Positions 16,812 to 25,745 of a stretch of DNA of 29,043 nucleotides are shown in pieces. The translations under genes and the position numbers were made by a program. Source of the stretch: a virus (taxonomy: Duplodnaviria; Caudoviricetes); the IMG/VR virus record IMGVR_UViG_3300030372_000517, positions 1-29,043 of that record. The stretch is one strand, 5' to 3'. Position 1 is the stretch's first letter; each line of letters starts with the position of its first letter. The notes below the pieces were generated by a model that made no database searches, was not told the origin of the DNA, and saw nothing but the letters and a program-made list of their open reading frames with translations.

Positions 16812-17473
16812 GTAATATTGATTTTATGTCGCCCGAGGAAGGTAAGTGGACGTTCAAATCAAAGGAAATTGCCGACACGTTTGATCAGCATGTTCGTGAA
16901 CAACTTCCTTGGTACGACTTAACAAGCCGAGCAATAAAGCACTTTGGCAACCATTATATTACTAAAAGTGGTTTGGTTTACGACATAGGTGCTTCGACAG
17001 GAAATGTCGGGCTAATTTTAAAAAATACTATTAAAAATCGTAATGCTAATTTGATTGCTATTGAGCCAAGCGAAGAAATGGGCAAGCTATATAGAGGGGG
17101 CGGGGAATTAATTACCGCAGAAGCGCAAAATGTTCACTTTCACGAATATGACTTTGCGGTTAGCCATCTTACAATGATGTTTCTAAGCAAGGCAGACCGA
17201 TCTGAGGTAATACTAAGATTGAAAAATAAACGAAAAAAAGGAGGGGCATTAGTTTTATTAGAAAAAATGCTACCCGAGGGCGGTTACTTTGCAACGGTAT
17301 CAATGCGATTAACAACCAGCGAAAAGTTAAATGCTGGCGCATCATATGAAGAAATAGTAAAAAAAGAACTGTCTTTGGCGGGTGTGCAAGTTCCACTTTC
17401 AAAAGATGAACTTGAGGGGTCTCAAGAGTGGTTTAGATTTGGAGACTTTGCTGGTTTTATATACACAGATTAA
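16808..17473 (+). CDS. CmoA-like SAM-dependent enzyme (candidate carboxy-SAM synthase)
   Basis: WTF...FDQHVREQLPWY, VYDIGASTG, LTMMFL, GGALVLLEK, WFRFGDF parallel recalled CmoA motifs; ATGA overlap with the MTase. Confidence 0.75.
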   Translation: MSNIDFMSPEEGKWTFKSKEIADTFDQHVREQLPWYDLTSRAIKHFGNHYITKSGLVYDIGASTGNVGLILKNTIKNRNANLIAIEPSEEMGKLYRGGGELITAEAQNVHFHEYDFAVSHLTMMFLSKADRSEVILRLKNKRKKGGALVLLEKMLPEGGYFATVSMRLTTSEKLNAGASYEEIVKKELSLAGVQVPLSKDELEGSQEWFRFGDFAGFIYTD

Positions 17474-17499
17474 AAAGCCGCTAAAAAGCGGCTTCCTTT
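17472..17499. terminator. Terminator hairpin between convergent genes (best for minus strand)
   Basis: AAGCCGCT-aaaa-AGCGGCTT; A-run at 17472-17476. Confidence 0.7.
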
Positions 17500-17506
17500 G
17501 TATATG

Positions 17507-17914
17507 TTACGGGTTAAAGCAATAGGGCTTATCCCACTTTCCTATGTTGATGTCTATATAGTAAGCAATGTCAAAGTAATCAGTCTGAATATCGCTGTTG
17601 TTATACCATGAATTACCCTTCATAGCATCAATCAAATCTTCAACAAACGGCGCGGCTTCACCATAATGCTCAGGGTAATATGGGTTGACTTGAACATAAC
17701 CTTTGCTTGGATAATAAGGGTGGCCACGGCGTTCTGCCATTTCTTTAGCTTTTTCATTAGCAATGCTAATAAAATCGTGCGTACCTTCCTTAATATTTAC
17801 AACTAAAGTGCTGTGATTATTTACGCCAATAGTTCCTTTATAGCCATGCTTCTTTAATACATTTTTAATTTCTGGCGCTAATTCTTTTTTGAGTTGTTGG
17901 TTCATATAAGCCAT
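17507..17914 (-). CDS. Phage protein with SDxQTDYFD motif (LPD29-like)
   Basis: TAAGGAG RBS; WYNNSDIQTDYFDIAYY; own promoter and terminator. Confidence 0.75.
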   Translation of the reverse strand: MAYMNQQLKKELAPEIKNVLKKHGYKGTIGVNNHSTLVVNIKEGTHDFISIANEKAKEMAERRGHPYYPSKGYVQVNPYYPEHYGEAAPFVEDLIDAMKGNSWYNNSDIQTDYFDIAYYIDINIGKWDKPYCFNP

Positions 17915-17923
17915 ATTGTTTAT

Positions 17924-17971
17924 CTCCTTATTTGCTATACTTGATATAGTGTGTTAAATTAAAAGTGTAAA
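17924..17971 (-). promoter_or_regulatory. Leftward promoter 3 with conserved leader
   Basis: Minus strand TTTACA-N17-TATATC then TATAGCAAATAAGGAG. Confidence 0.6.
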
Positions 17972-17999
17972 GCATAGATGTAAAAAAAAGATATTTTTA

Positions 18000-18386
18000 A
18001 TGGCAAACGGTGAAGCTGGCAGACCCGAAATCACGTTGACAGAAGATCAAATCAAAGAAGTGGAAACATTAGCGGCGGTGTTATCAACAGGCGACATTGC
18101 TGATTACTTTGGTATAGGGAGAACAACTTTTTATGCCTTAATGGAAAGAAATTCTGATATTTCTGAACGCTATAAAAAGGGCAGAGCAAAAGCAAAGGGC
18201 GCAATTGCAGGAAGTTTAATACAAAAAGCAAGAGCGGGTGAGCTTGGCGCACAAATATTCTATCTTAAAACACAGTGCGGATGGCGCGAAACACAGCATC
18301 TTGAACATACAAGCCCCGATGGTTCTATGACACCGACAGCAATAGAGCGTGTAATTATTGACAAAACTACAGATACAGACACCTAG
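18000..18386 (+). CDS. terS: Terminase small subunit
   Basis: GRP, HTH IADYFGIGRTTFY, AQIFYLKTQCGW; directly upstream of terL. Confidence 0.8.
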   Translation: MANGEAGRPEITLTEDQIKEVETLAAVLSTGDIADYFGIGRTTFYALMERNSDISERYKKGRAKAKGAIAGSLIQKARAGELGAQIFYLKTQCGWRETQHLEHTSPDGSMTPTAIERVIIDKTTDTDT

Positions 18387-19575
18387 ATGGTCTTTGCCTT
18401 TGCTGGAAGGTGCAAATGGCCATCCTAGATATAAAGGCGCAAAAGGTGGTCGTGCATCTGGCAAATCACATTTTTTTGCAGAGGCAGTGATAGAACGTCA
18501 GTTAATGAACCCTGATACAAGAGTGGTTTGCATACGTGAAGTGCAGCGATCACTGAAGTTTTCAGCCAAGCAATTGCTAGAGGATAAAATAGCAGCTTTA
18601 AACGTGCAGCATTTATTTGAAATACAAACAACGGAAATACGAAATTTGCGTGGCGATGGAATTATTATCTTTCAAGGCATGCAAGACCATACAGCCGACA
18701 GCATAAAATCGTTAGAGGGTTTTGATATAGCATGGTGCGAGGAAGCGCAGAGTTTGTCAAAGCGATCTATTGAGTTACTTGATCCGACTATGCGGAAAGA
18801 AGGCGCAGAGCTATGGTTTAGTTGGAACCCAAGAAGCCCTAGCGATGCTGTTGAAAAGGTATTTGACGAAAATATTAATAATGCACTTGTTCACGTAAAC
18901 TATGACAATAATCCGTTTGCTCCAAAATCTATGGTTGATTTGGCTGAAACCGCTAAAGAAAGAGACTTTGATAGGTTTGCTCACATTTGGTTAGGTGAAT
19001 ATGAAACTATAAATGAAGCACAAGTATTTTATGGAAAATGGAAAGTTGAAGATTTTGAGCCAATGCAAGGATGGGACGGTCCTTATCTTGGCGTTGACTT
19101 TGGTTTTCGACCTGATCCTTTAGTGGCAATAAAGTGTTGGGTTTATGACGAAACGCTGTATATAGAAAAAGAGGCTTACGGAATTGGAATAGAAATTGAT
19201 GATACTCACAATTTTATTTGCAAGCATATACCAGAGTTTGACCGTTATACTTGCCGCGCTGATAGTGCAGAGCCAAAAACAATATCATACTTGCAAAGGC
19301 ATGGTTTTCCGCGCATGGAAGGCGTTAAAAAGTGGCCTAACAGTATTCAAGAAGGAATTAGGTTTATTCGCGGCTTTAAATCTGTCATAATAGCCCCAAA
19401 TTGCAAAGGTGCCATTGATGACTTTCGGTTGTATAGTCACAAGGTCGATAAGTTGTCTGGTGATATTTTGCCTGACGTAATTGACTCAAATAATCATGCG
19501 CCTGATGCTGTACGTTATGCAATCGCGCCGCTTATTAAAGTCCAAGCTGCTGGAAAGATGGTGATTAGAATATGA
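18358..19575 (+). CDS. terL: Terminase large subunit (PBSX / Terminase_3 type)
   Basis: Walker A GGRASGKS, Walker B WCEEAQ, SWNP, nuclease GVDFGF, NHAPDAVRY. Confidence 0.95.
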   Translation: MTKLQIQTPRWSLPLLEGANGHPRYKGAKGGRASGKSHFFAEAVIERQLMNPDTRVVCIREVQRSLKFSAKQLLEDKIAALNVQHLFEIQTTEIRNLRGDGIIIFQGMQDHTADSIKSLEGFDIAWCEEAQSLSKRSIELLDPTMRKEGAELWFSWNPRSPSDAVEKVFDENINNALVHVNYDNNPFAPKSMVDLAETAKERDFDRFAHIWLGEYETINEAQVFYGKWKVEDFEPMQGWDGPYLGVDFGFRPDPLVAIKCWVYDETLYIEKEAYGIGIEIDDTHNFICKHIPEFDRYTCRADSAEPKTISYLQRHGFPRMEGVKKWPNSIQEGIRFIRGFKSVIIAPNCKGAIDDFRLYSHKVDKLSGDILPDVIDSNNHAPDAVRYAIAPLIKVQAAGKMVIRI

Positions 19576-20978
19576 TTAATTCAGTCGCAAAGATAACTCC
19601 TGAGATACAAGAAATGCTTGATGCCTCTGCGCCTAGTCGTGATTTAGTGCGTGGCGGCTCGCATATGCGTGAGCAAGGAATAAAATATTTACCACAGTTT
19701 CCGCAAGAAACTGATGACGATTATGAGGCCAGGGTAAAATCAACTTGGCTATTTGATGGCGTTGGTAAGACTGTTGAAGATTTATCAGGCAAAGTATTTG
19801 AAATGCCTGTGATATTAGCTGAAACAGGGACCGACCTTGATATGTGGCAATACAATGTCGATTTGCAGGGGCGCGATCTTTCGCAATTTGCAAGAGAATG
19901 TTTTGACCAAGCACAAATTTCTGGAATATCGTTTATTATGGTTGATGCACCAGCAAGGCAGTCTGATGTGACACGCTTGCAAGCACAACAGCAAAACCTT
20001 CGCCCTTATTTCGTTGGCTTGTCCATTGAGGACGTTATTGGTTATCGCACAGAGATAATTGATAATACACCAACGCTTACTCAAATCCGTATTATGGAAA
20101 GCATTACAGAACAAAGCGATGATGAGTTTGATCCAGCTATTTTTGAACAGATTAGAGTTTTAACCCTCCCTGTTGAAGATAATCGGGTGGTCGGTGCGGT
20201 CAATGTTAGGTTATACCGTAAAAACGATGCGCAAGAGTTTATGCTATATACAGAGTATGAAACGCAGATGCCTAGAATATACGTTGCGGCTGTTGATTTA
20301 GGCCGTGACGGGTTTTTGAAGGCCAAGCCATGCCATGCTAGACTTGCAGAGATTAATCTTGCTCATTGGCGGTCGCAATCAGATCAAGCTAATATTATGC
20401 ACCATGCTCGCGCTCCAATGAAATATTTTCACGGCTATTCACGCGAAGATTTAGAGAGTTTTACCGAAGGCGCTGGCTATGCTTTTTATTCTTCTAACGA
20501 AAACGCAAAGATTGGCGTTGTGGAACACTCTGGGGCTGCGATTGACGCAGGGCGCACAGAGCTTAAGGACATGGAGTTTCAGATGCAAGCAATGGGTTTG
20601 CAATTAATTATGTCACGCTCTGGATCGTCTACAGCCACAGGCGATATGATTGACGAAAACAAAGTAAACAGTCGCTTAGGAATGTGGGCCGATAATTTAA
20701 AGGATACGCTGGAACTTGCGTTTTCGTATATGGCAGAAATGTCAGGAATCATTGCAGATATAAATGTAGTAATAAATAAAGATTTTGCGGCAAATGCTTT
20801 GAGCCATCTTGATATGGACGCAATCAACAAAATGTATCTTGCGGAGGTCATTTCTAAGCAGACCTATATAAACGAAGCGAAGCGGCGAAACCTTCTGTCT
20901 GAGGAAGTAAATCCAGACGATGAAGAAGAAATGATTGAAATGGCACCAATGGACGAGCCTGATGGCAATATCGGATGA
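19572..20978 (+). CDS. Portal protein (DUF4055-like)
   Basis: YLPQFPQETDDDYEAR, LAEINLAHWRSQSD; size and position. Confidence 0.85.
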   Translation: MINSVAKITPEIQEMLDASAPSRDLVRGGSHMREQGIKYLPQFPQETDDDYEARVKSTWLFDGVGKTVEDLSGKVFEMPVILAETGTDLDMWQYNVDLQGRDLSQFARECFDQAQISGISFIMVDAPARQSDVTRLQAQQQNLRPYFVGLSIEDVIGYRTEIIDNTPTLTQIRIMESITEQSDDEFDPAIFEQIRVLTLPVEDNRVVGAVNVRLYRKNDAQEFMLYTEYETQMPRIYVAAVDLGRDGFLKAKPCHARLAEINLAHWRSQSDQANIMHHARAPMKYFHGYSREDLESFTEGAGYAFYSSNENAKIGVVEHSGAAIDAGRTELKDMEFQMQAMGLQLIMSRSGSSTATGDMIDENKVNSRLGMWADNLKDTLELAFSYMAEMSGIIADINVVINKDFAANALSHLDMDAINKMYLAEVISKQTYINEAKRRNLLSEEVNPDDEEEMIEMAPMDEPDGNIG

Positions 20979-22008
20979 TTTTGCTGACGCAACTATTCGT
21001 CACCAAGTTTACTTACAGAGATACAAGTCAGGCGTTGTCAAAGATATATTAGCACTCCTGACCGATGTAGAGGATCAGATTGTAGCTGATTTAATCAAGT
21101 CAGACCTAGATAAGATGCCAAGGCGACAATTAAACAGGTTACTTCGCCAACTACAAGAAAAAATAAAATTAGGATATAAGCCTGTTATTTCGTTGCTAAA
21201 CAATCAGGTTGAGGAATTAGCTAAATACGAAAAGCAATGGCAAATGAATTTGTTTGATAAAGTCGTGCCAATTGATTTAGATTTTATCGCGCCATCAGAT
21301 GAGCAAATTATAGCTGGTGTTATTTCGAGGCCATTTCAAGGCAGATTTCTTAAGGATTGGTATAGAGGTTTACCTGACGGTCAGTATCGTAGGCTTAAAG
21401 ATGCCGTGATGCAGGGATATGTCGAAGGACAAACTACACAGCAAATAATTCAAACTATTAGAGGCACACGCAGTCAAAAAGGCATCATAGAGCAATCGCG
21501 CAGAGGCGCAGAAACGGCTGTCAGAACCGCTTTATCTCATAGTGCAAACACCGCTAGATCATTAATTTATCAACGCAATGGCCGTTTAATAAAATCGGTT
21601 GAGTGGGTCGCTACACTAGACGGAAGAACTACGGCAATTTGTCGCGCTAGAGATGGCAAAGTGTATCCAACCGATGCGGGGCCAAGACCGCCAGCGCATG
21701 CGGCTTGCAGATCAACAACTATTCCTGTGTTGAAATCGTTGCGTGAATTACAAATTTCAGCAAAAGACGGTGCTAATAAATCAACTCGCGCATCAATGAA
21801 TGGGCAAGTTTCGACAGAATTGAATTATGATAGATGGTTGCGACAACAACCTAAGGAATTCCAGAATGAAGTACTTGGAATATCAAAAGCCAAGTTATTC
21901 AGAGCGGGTTTAGAAATGGATCGTTTTGTTGATAGAAAGGGAAACGAGCTAAATTTAAACCAATTGAAACAGCGTGAAAGCGCAGCGTGGGCCAAAGCTG
22001 GTCTGTAA
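20962..22008 (+). CDS. Minor head protein (SPP1 gp7 / Mu F-like)
   Basis: WVATLDGRTTAICRARDG...PPAHAACRST; ATG 20962. Confidence 0.85.
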   Translation: MAISDDFADATIRHQVYLQRYKSGVVKDILALLTDVEDQIVADLIKSDLDKMPRRQLNRLLRQLQEKIKLGYKPVISLLNNQVEELAKYEKQWQMNLFDKVVPIDLDFIAPSDEQIIAGVISRPFQGRFLKDWYRGLPDGQYRRLKDAVMQGYVEGQTTQQIIQTIRGTRSQKGIIEQSRRGAETAVRTALSHSANTARSLIYQRNGRLIKSVEWVATLDGRTTAICRARDGKVYPTDAGPRPPAHAACRSTTIPVLKSLRELQISAKDGANKSTRASMNGQVSTELNYDRWLRQQPKEFQNEVLGISKAKLFRAGLEMDRFVDRKGNELNLNQLKQRESAAWAKAGL

Positions 22009-22020
22009 AAAGGAACTACC

Positions 22021-22707
22021 ATGAGCGAAGAAACAGAAACTGTAGAAATAGAAGAAACAAATTCTAGTAAGTTAGAGAAGCGGATAGTTGAACTAGAAGG
22101 TGAATTAAAAGTTCAAAATCAAAAATGGCTTGATTCAAATGAAGAAAATATGCGAAGGCGTAAGGCAAACGAGCGTTTAAAAGGCGAAATTGAAGAATTA
22201 AAAAATGCACCTTCAATTTCTCAAGTAAGTAATGAAGAAGTAATTGCACAGCTAAACACACAACATAAAGCTGAATTAGATGCAGAGCGAGCAAAGACGC
22301 AAAAACTAGCGCACGAGCAAGCTATAACATCTTTCCAGACAGCTTTGTTGCAAGAAAATATTATGAGTAAAGGTCTGAAACCACTAACCGCAATGGTAAA
22401 ATCTCGCATTGGGTTTGACGAAAACGGAAATATGCGTATAATGGCAGAGGATAGTTCCAAACCCCTAGCTGGTTCGGGGAGCGATGGATACGCTACAATT
22501 GGCGATCTAGCTAAAGAATTAGCAGCGTCAGATACAGGTCAGGTCTTCATAAGAGATGTGGGTGTATCAGGTGGAGGCAAACCACCAGCGAGTTCTAACG
22601 GTAGGTTAGGCACTAAGCAATCGGTGACGCGCTCACAATTCGAGCTAATGACACAACGTGAACGCTCACTTCATTCCACAAGTGGCGGCAAGGTCGTTTA
22701 TGGCTAA
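22021..22707 (+). CDS. Capsid scaffolding protein
   Basis: Coiled coil, SGGG linker, position before capsid; AAGGA RBS. Confidence 0.7.
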   Translation: MSEETETVEIEETNSSKLEKRIVELEGELKVQNQKWLDSNEENMRRRKANERLKGEIEELKNAPSISQVSNEEVIAQLNTQHKAELDAERAKTQKLAHEQAITSFQTALLQENIMSKGLKPLTAMVKSRIGFDENGNMRIMAEDSSKPLAGSGSDGYATIGDLAKELAASDTGQVFIRDVGVSGGGKPPASSNGRLGTKQSVTRSQFELMTQRERSLHSTSGGKVVYG

Positions 22708-22728
22708 CCGCAAAAGAAAGGAAATGTT

Positions 22729-23871
22729 ATGGCGAATACCTTAACTGATCTGGCGGCTGACATCTATCGTGCCGCTGATATTGTAGGCCGAGAGCTGGTC
22801 GGCTTTATCCCTGCATCAACTTTAAATGCTGGCTCTGAGCAAGCAGCAGTTGGTCAAACAGTGCGCTCATTTGTAACGCCCTCTGTATCAGCAGTTGATA
22901 TTACTCCAGCGATGACTATTCCAGAGGGAACAGATCAAACGCTTACGAATAAAACGCTAACACTAACAAAACAACGTGGTGTTCAAATTCCATACACAGG
23001 CGAAGATGTTCGCTTCTTGGATGGCGGCGCTGGTTATGAAACTGTCTATGGCGCTCAAATCATGCAAGCAATGAGAACGCTTGTTAATGAAATTGAGTCT
23101 GATTTAGCAACAGAGGCAAACACTAATGCTTCTCGTGCAGTTGGTACGGCTGGCACAACGCCATTCGGTTCTAACTTTAACGAAGTCGCACAAGCTAGAC
23201 AAATTCTAGCCGACAATGGTATGCCTACGAATGACAACTTAATAAGTTTAGTTGTTAATACGGCGGCAGGTGTTAATTTGCGCAATCTAGCATCTTTGCA
23301 GCAAGTAAATACGGCGGGAAGTGATGATTTGCTTCGGCGCGGTGAATTGCTTAATTTGCAGGGAGTTTCTTTAAAAGAAAGCGGTCAAGTGCGCGATCAC
23401 ACTAAAGGAACTGGTACATCCTATCTTGTAAATAATGCTTCGGCAGCAATAGGTGATACAACTATTCCAGCAGACGGCGGATCGGGGACAATCATAGCAG
23501 GTGATGTAATCACTATTGCGGGTGACACAAATAAATATATTGTGAACACTGCATTGGCTGGTGGTAATCTTGTTGTAGGTGACACTGGTTTGCGTGTTGC
23601 GGTCGCTGATAATGCAGCGATAACAGTGGGAAATAATTACACTGGCAACATTATGATGCACCAAGCTGCGATGGAAGTTGCTATGCGCGCGCCAGCAAAA
23701 CCAACTGGTGGCGATGCGGCAGATGACGTTCTGATCGTTCAAGACCCATCATCAGGATTGGTGTTTGAAGTTGCAACATACAAAGGCTTCAACAAAGCAA
23801 TGATCCAAGTCGGTTGTGTCTATGGTTTCAAAGCATGGAACTCAGACGCAATTGCGGTTGTCATGGGTTAA
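22729..23871 (+). CDS. Major capsid protein (P22 coat-like)
   Basis: RELVGFIP N-terminus, Gly/Thr-rich insertion, terminal VYGFKAW; AAAGGA RBS; position. Confidence 0.85.
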   Translation: MANTLTDLAADIYRAADIVGRELVGFIPASTLNAGSEQAAVGQTVRSFVTPSVSAVDITPAMTIPEGTDQTLTNKTLTLTKQRGVQIPYTGEDVRFLDGGAGYETVYGAQIMQAMRTLVNEIESDLATEANTNASRAVGTAGTTPFGSNFNEVAQARQILADNGMPTNDNLISLVVNTAAGVNLRNLASLQQVNTAGSDDLLRRGELLNLQGVSLKESGQVRDHTKGTGTSYLVNNASAAIGDTTIPADGGSGTIIAGDVITIAGDTNKYIVNTALAGGNLVVGDTGLRVAVADNAAITVGNNYTGNIMMHQAAMEVAMRAPAKPTGGDAADDVLIVQDPSSGLVFEVATYKGFNKAMIQVGCVYGFKAWNSDAIAVVMG

Positions 23872-23877
23872 TAGATT

Positions 23878-23896
23878 GGGGGCTTAGGCCCCCTTT
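23878..23896 (+). terminator. Hairpin / weak terminator after capsid gene
   Basis: GGGGGC-ttag-GCCCCC-TTT. Confidence 0.6.
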
Positions 23897-23916
23897 CATT
23901 ACTTAGGAGGTAAAAA

Positions 23917-23994
23917 ATGCCTAGAGCGTATCTAAAGAAAAAAGGTCTTGTCGTTAAAAAGAAAATGAAGAAGGTCAAAAAGAAGAAAAAGTGA
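23917..23994 (+). CDS. 25-aa Lys-rich micro-protein MPRAYLKKKGLVVKKKMKKVKKKKK
   Basis: AGGAGG at 23905-23910; not in ORF track. Confidence 0.7.
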   Translation: MPRAYLKKKGLVVKKKMKKVKKKKK

Positions 23995-24050
23995 TGACAA
24001 GGAAAGCTCAAGATATAGCAAAGCAGAGCGCAGAGCATTGCGAAGATTAA
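23994..24050 (+). CDS. Possible 18-aa micro-ORF MTRKAQDIAKQSAEHCED
   Basis: TGATG overlap; stops 1 nt before next ATG. Confidence 0.35.
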   Translation: MTRKAQDIAKQSAEHCED

Positions 24051-24051
24051 G

Positions 24052-24327
24052 ATGAGCAAAGCTAGAATAAAAAAGCTAGGTGTTAGTGGTTATAATAAGC
24101 CTAAGCGCACTCCCAACCATCCTAAGAAATCTCATGTGGTTTTAGCAAAGGTTGGAAATAAAGTAAAAACAATCCGCTTTGGTCAGCAAGGGGTTAAAGG
24201 CGCTGGTAAAAACCCAAGGACAGAAGCGGGAAAAGCAAGGCGTAAGTCCTTTTTGGCAAGGCATAGGAAAAACATTGCTAAAGGCAAAATAAGTGCAGCA
24301 TATTGGGCTGCAAAGGTTAAATGGTGA
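24052..24327 (+). CDS. Highly basic 91-aa protein
   Basis: KTIRFGQQG...RRKSFLARH...SAAYWA; only one acidic residue. Confidence 0.75.
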   Translation: MSKARIKKLGVSGYNKPKRTPNHPKKSHVVLAKVGNKVKTIRFGQQGVKGAGKNPRTEAGKARRKSFLARHRKNIAKGKISAAYWAAKVKW

Positions 24328-24331
24328 TTTA

Positions 24332-24475
24332 ATGAAGCTGGTAAAAATAGTGCATGAAAAGGCAAAAGATGGATGGGCGCTAATTAATGAAAGCGACTTT
24401 GATCCAAAATTGCATAAGCTGTATGAAGCTAAGAAAAAGGCTGTTAAAAAAAAGGTGACGACTGAAAAGGGCTAA
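24332..24475 (+). CDS. Small hypothetical protein (47 aa) with basic tail
   Basis: ATG 24332 after GGTG; LINESDFDPKLH. Confidence 0.65.
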   Translation: MKLVKIVHEKAKDGWALINESDFDPKLHKLYEAKKKAVKKKVTTEKG

Positions 24476-24478
24476 AAA

Positions 24479-24979
24479 ATGGCTATTGTTACAACTATTG
24501 GTGGCACTACTACAAACAGCTATATTACTGTGGCTGAATACGAGGCGTTTTGGACAGAAAGAAATGTTACTATTGGCGGCAGCACTTCATCTAAGGAATC
24601 GGAGTTAGTTAAATCTGCCGATTATATAAATCGAGCTTATGACTTTATTGGTGAACAACAATATCGTTATCAAACAATGGCATGGCCTCGCTTGACGGGC
24701 ATTATGCTTGTTAAAGATTGGCCTATTGACCCTGATACGGTTCCACAAGACATAAAAGACGCACAAGCTGAATTAGCTTATTTGATTAATCAAGGAGCAA
24801 CGCCTTTCGCTACTGTTGAGGGCGGTGCAAAAGTGCGTGAGAAAAATAAAGCTGGCCCAGTAGAAACAGATGTTGAATATACTAATTTCCGCGAAACTCC
24901 GCGCTTTGTTGCAATAGAGGGTTTAGTCTCGCCTTATACAGTTTACGGCGGCGCTCAAATAAAGGTGATTAGAGGGTGA
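24479..24979 (+). CDS. Head-tail adaptor (DnaT_2-like family)
   Basis: NSYITVAE, QTMAWPR, VPQDIKDAQAELA, KAGPVETDVEY. Confidence 0.8.
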   Translation: MAIVTTIGGTTTNSYITVAEYEAFWTERNVTIGGSTSSKESELVKSADYINRAYDFIGEQQYRYQTMAWPRLTGIMLVKDWPIDPDTVPQDIKDAQAELAYLINQGATPFATVEGGAKVREKNKAGPVETDVEYTNFRETPRFVAIEGLVSPYTVYGGAQIKVIRG

Positions 24980-25347
24980 GTACAACAGTAACAGCTATAG
25001 CAGACGCAGCTTTTGACGCAGTAAATGCGGCAATTACTGATGTAATTGATGATGCAACTATAACTTATATTACTAACGGTTCATATAATTATTCAACTGG
25101 TGCTTATGCGGAAACTGCAACGGCAATTACTGGTCGCGCTTTGTTTGACACTGAAACGCCAGCCGCAGATATTTTTGGCGATACAGTAGTAGGGCCAAGA
25201 GATCAGCTTGTTTTACTAGAAGGCTTTTCTACAGCAGCAAAGGAAGGTTATAAACTAACTGTCAACAGTGTAGATTATGAAGTAAAGTCTGCTCAAAATA
25301 TTGTTGGCTCTGTTTCATTGCAATATGCGGTGGTGTTAGAAAAATGA
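24976..25347 (+). CDS. Head closure / head-tail joining protein
   Basis: GSYNYSTG motif, beta-rich, position, GTGA overlap. Confidence 0.65.
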   Translation: MSTTVTAIADAAFDAVNAAITDVIDDATITYITNGSYNYSTGAYAETATAITGRALFDTETPAADIFGDTVVGPRDQLVLLEGFSTAAKEGYKLTVNSVDYEVKSAQNIVGSVSLQYAVVLEK

Positions 25348-25745
25348 GCGTCAAAAAGTTTAATTTGCAGCTAAAGAAAGAAATAGCTGCTACTGATGAG
25401 TTAGTAGAGGATAAGATTATATCTATTGGGCTAGATGCGTTTAGACGTATTGTATTGAAAGCCCCTGTCGATACTGGAAGATTTCGCGGGAATTGGATCG
25501 TTTCTAAAAATACTTTTAATAATACAACAAACCAAATTACTGATAAGTCAGGTGGTCGAACAATTACCAAGGGCAATAAAGTCATAGAAACTTTCGAGTA
25601 TAAAAAAGACAAATCAATTATAATACAAAACAATTTGTCATATGCTAATGTCTTAGAAAATGGATCGTCAAAGAAAGCCCCACAAGGCATCGTTGCTCCT
25701 ACAATTGTAGAAATTCAAAGAGCCTATAGGAATGTTCTGATATGA
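25344..25745 (+). CDS. HK97 gp10-like neck protein
   Basis: PVDTGRFRGNW and NNLSYANVLENGSSKKAPQG. Confidence 0.85.
   Translation: MSVKKFNLQLKKEIAATDELVEDKIISIGLDAFRRIVLKAPVDTGRFRGNWIVSKNTFNNTTNQITDKSGGRTITKGNKVIETFEYKKDKSIIIQNNLSYANVLENGSSKKAPQGIVAPTIVEIQRAYRNVLI

Noticed and set aside
15768-17473. Restriction-modification pair or tRNA-modification auxiliary gene
   Set aside because: Neighbour is a SAM-fold protein, not a nuclease; no cmoB or tRNA; coupling to the Arg-variant MTase fits DNA modification better
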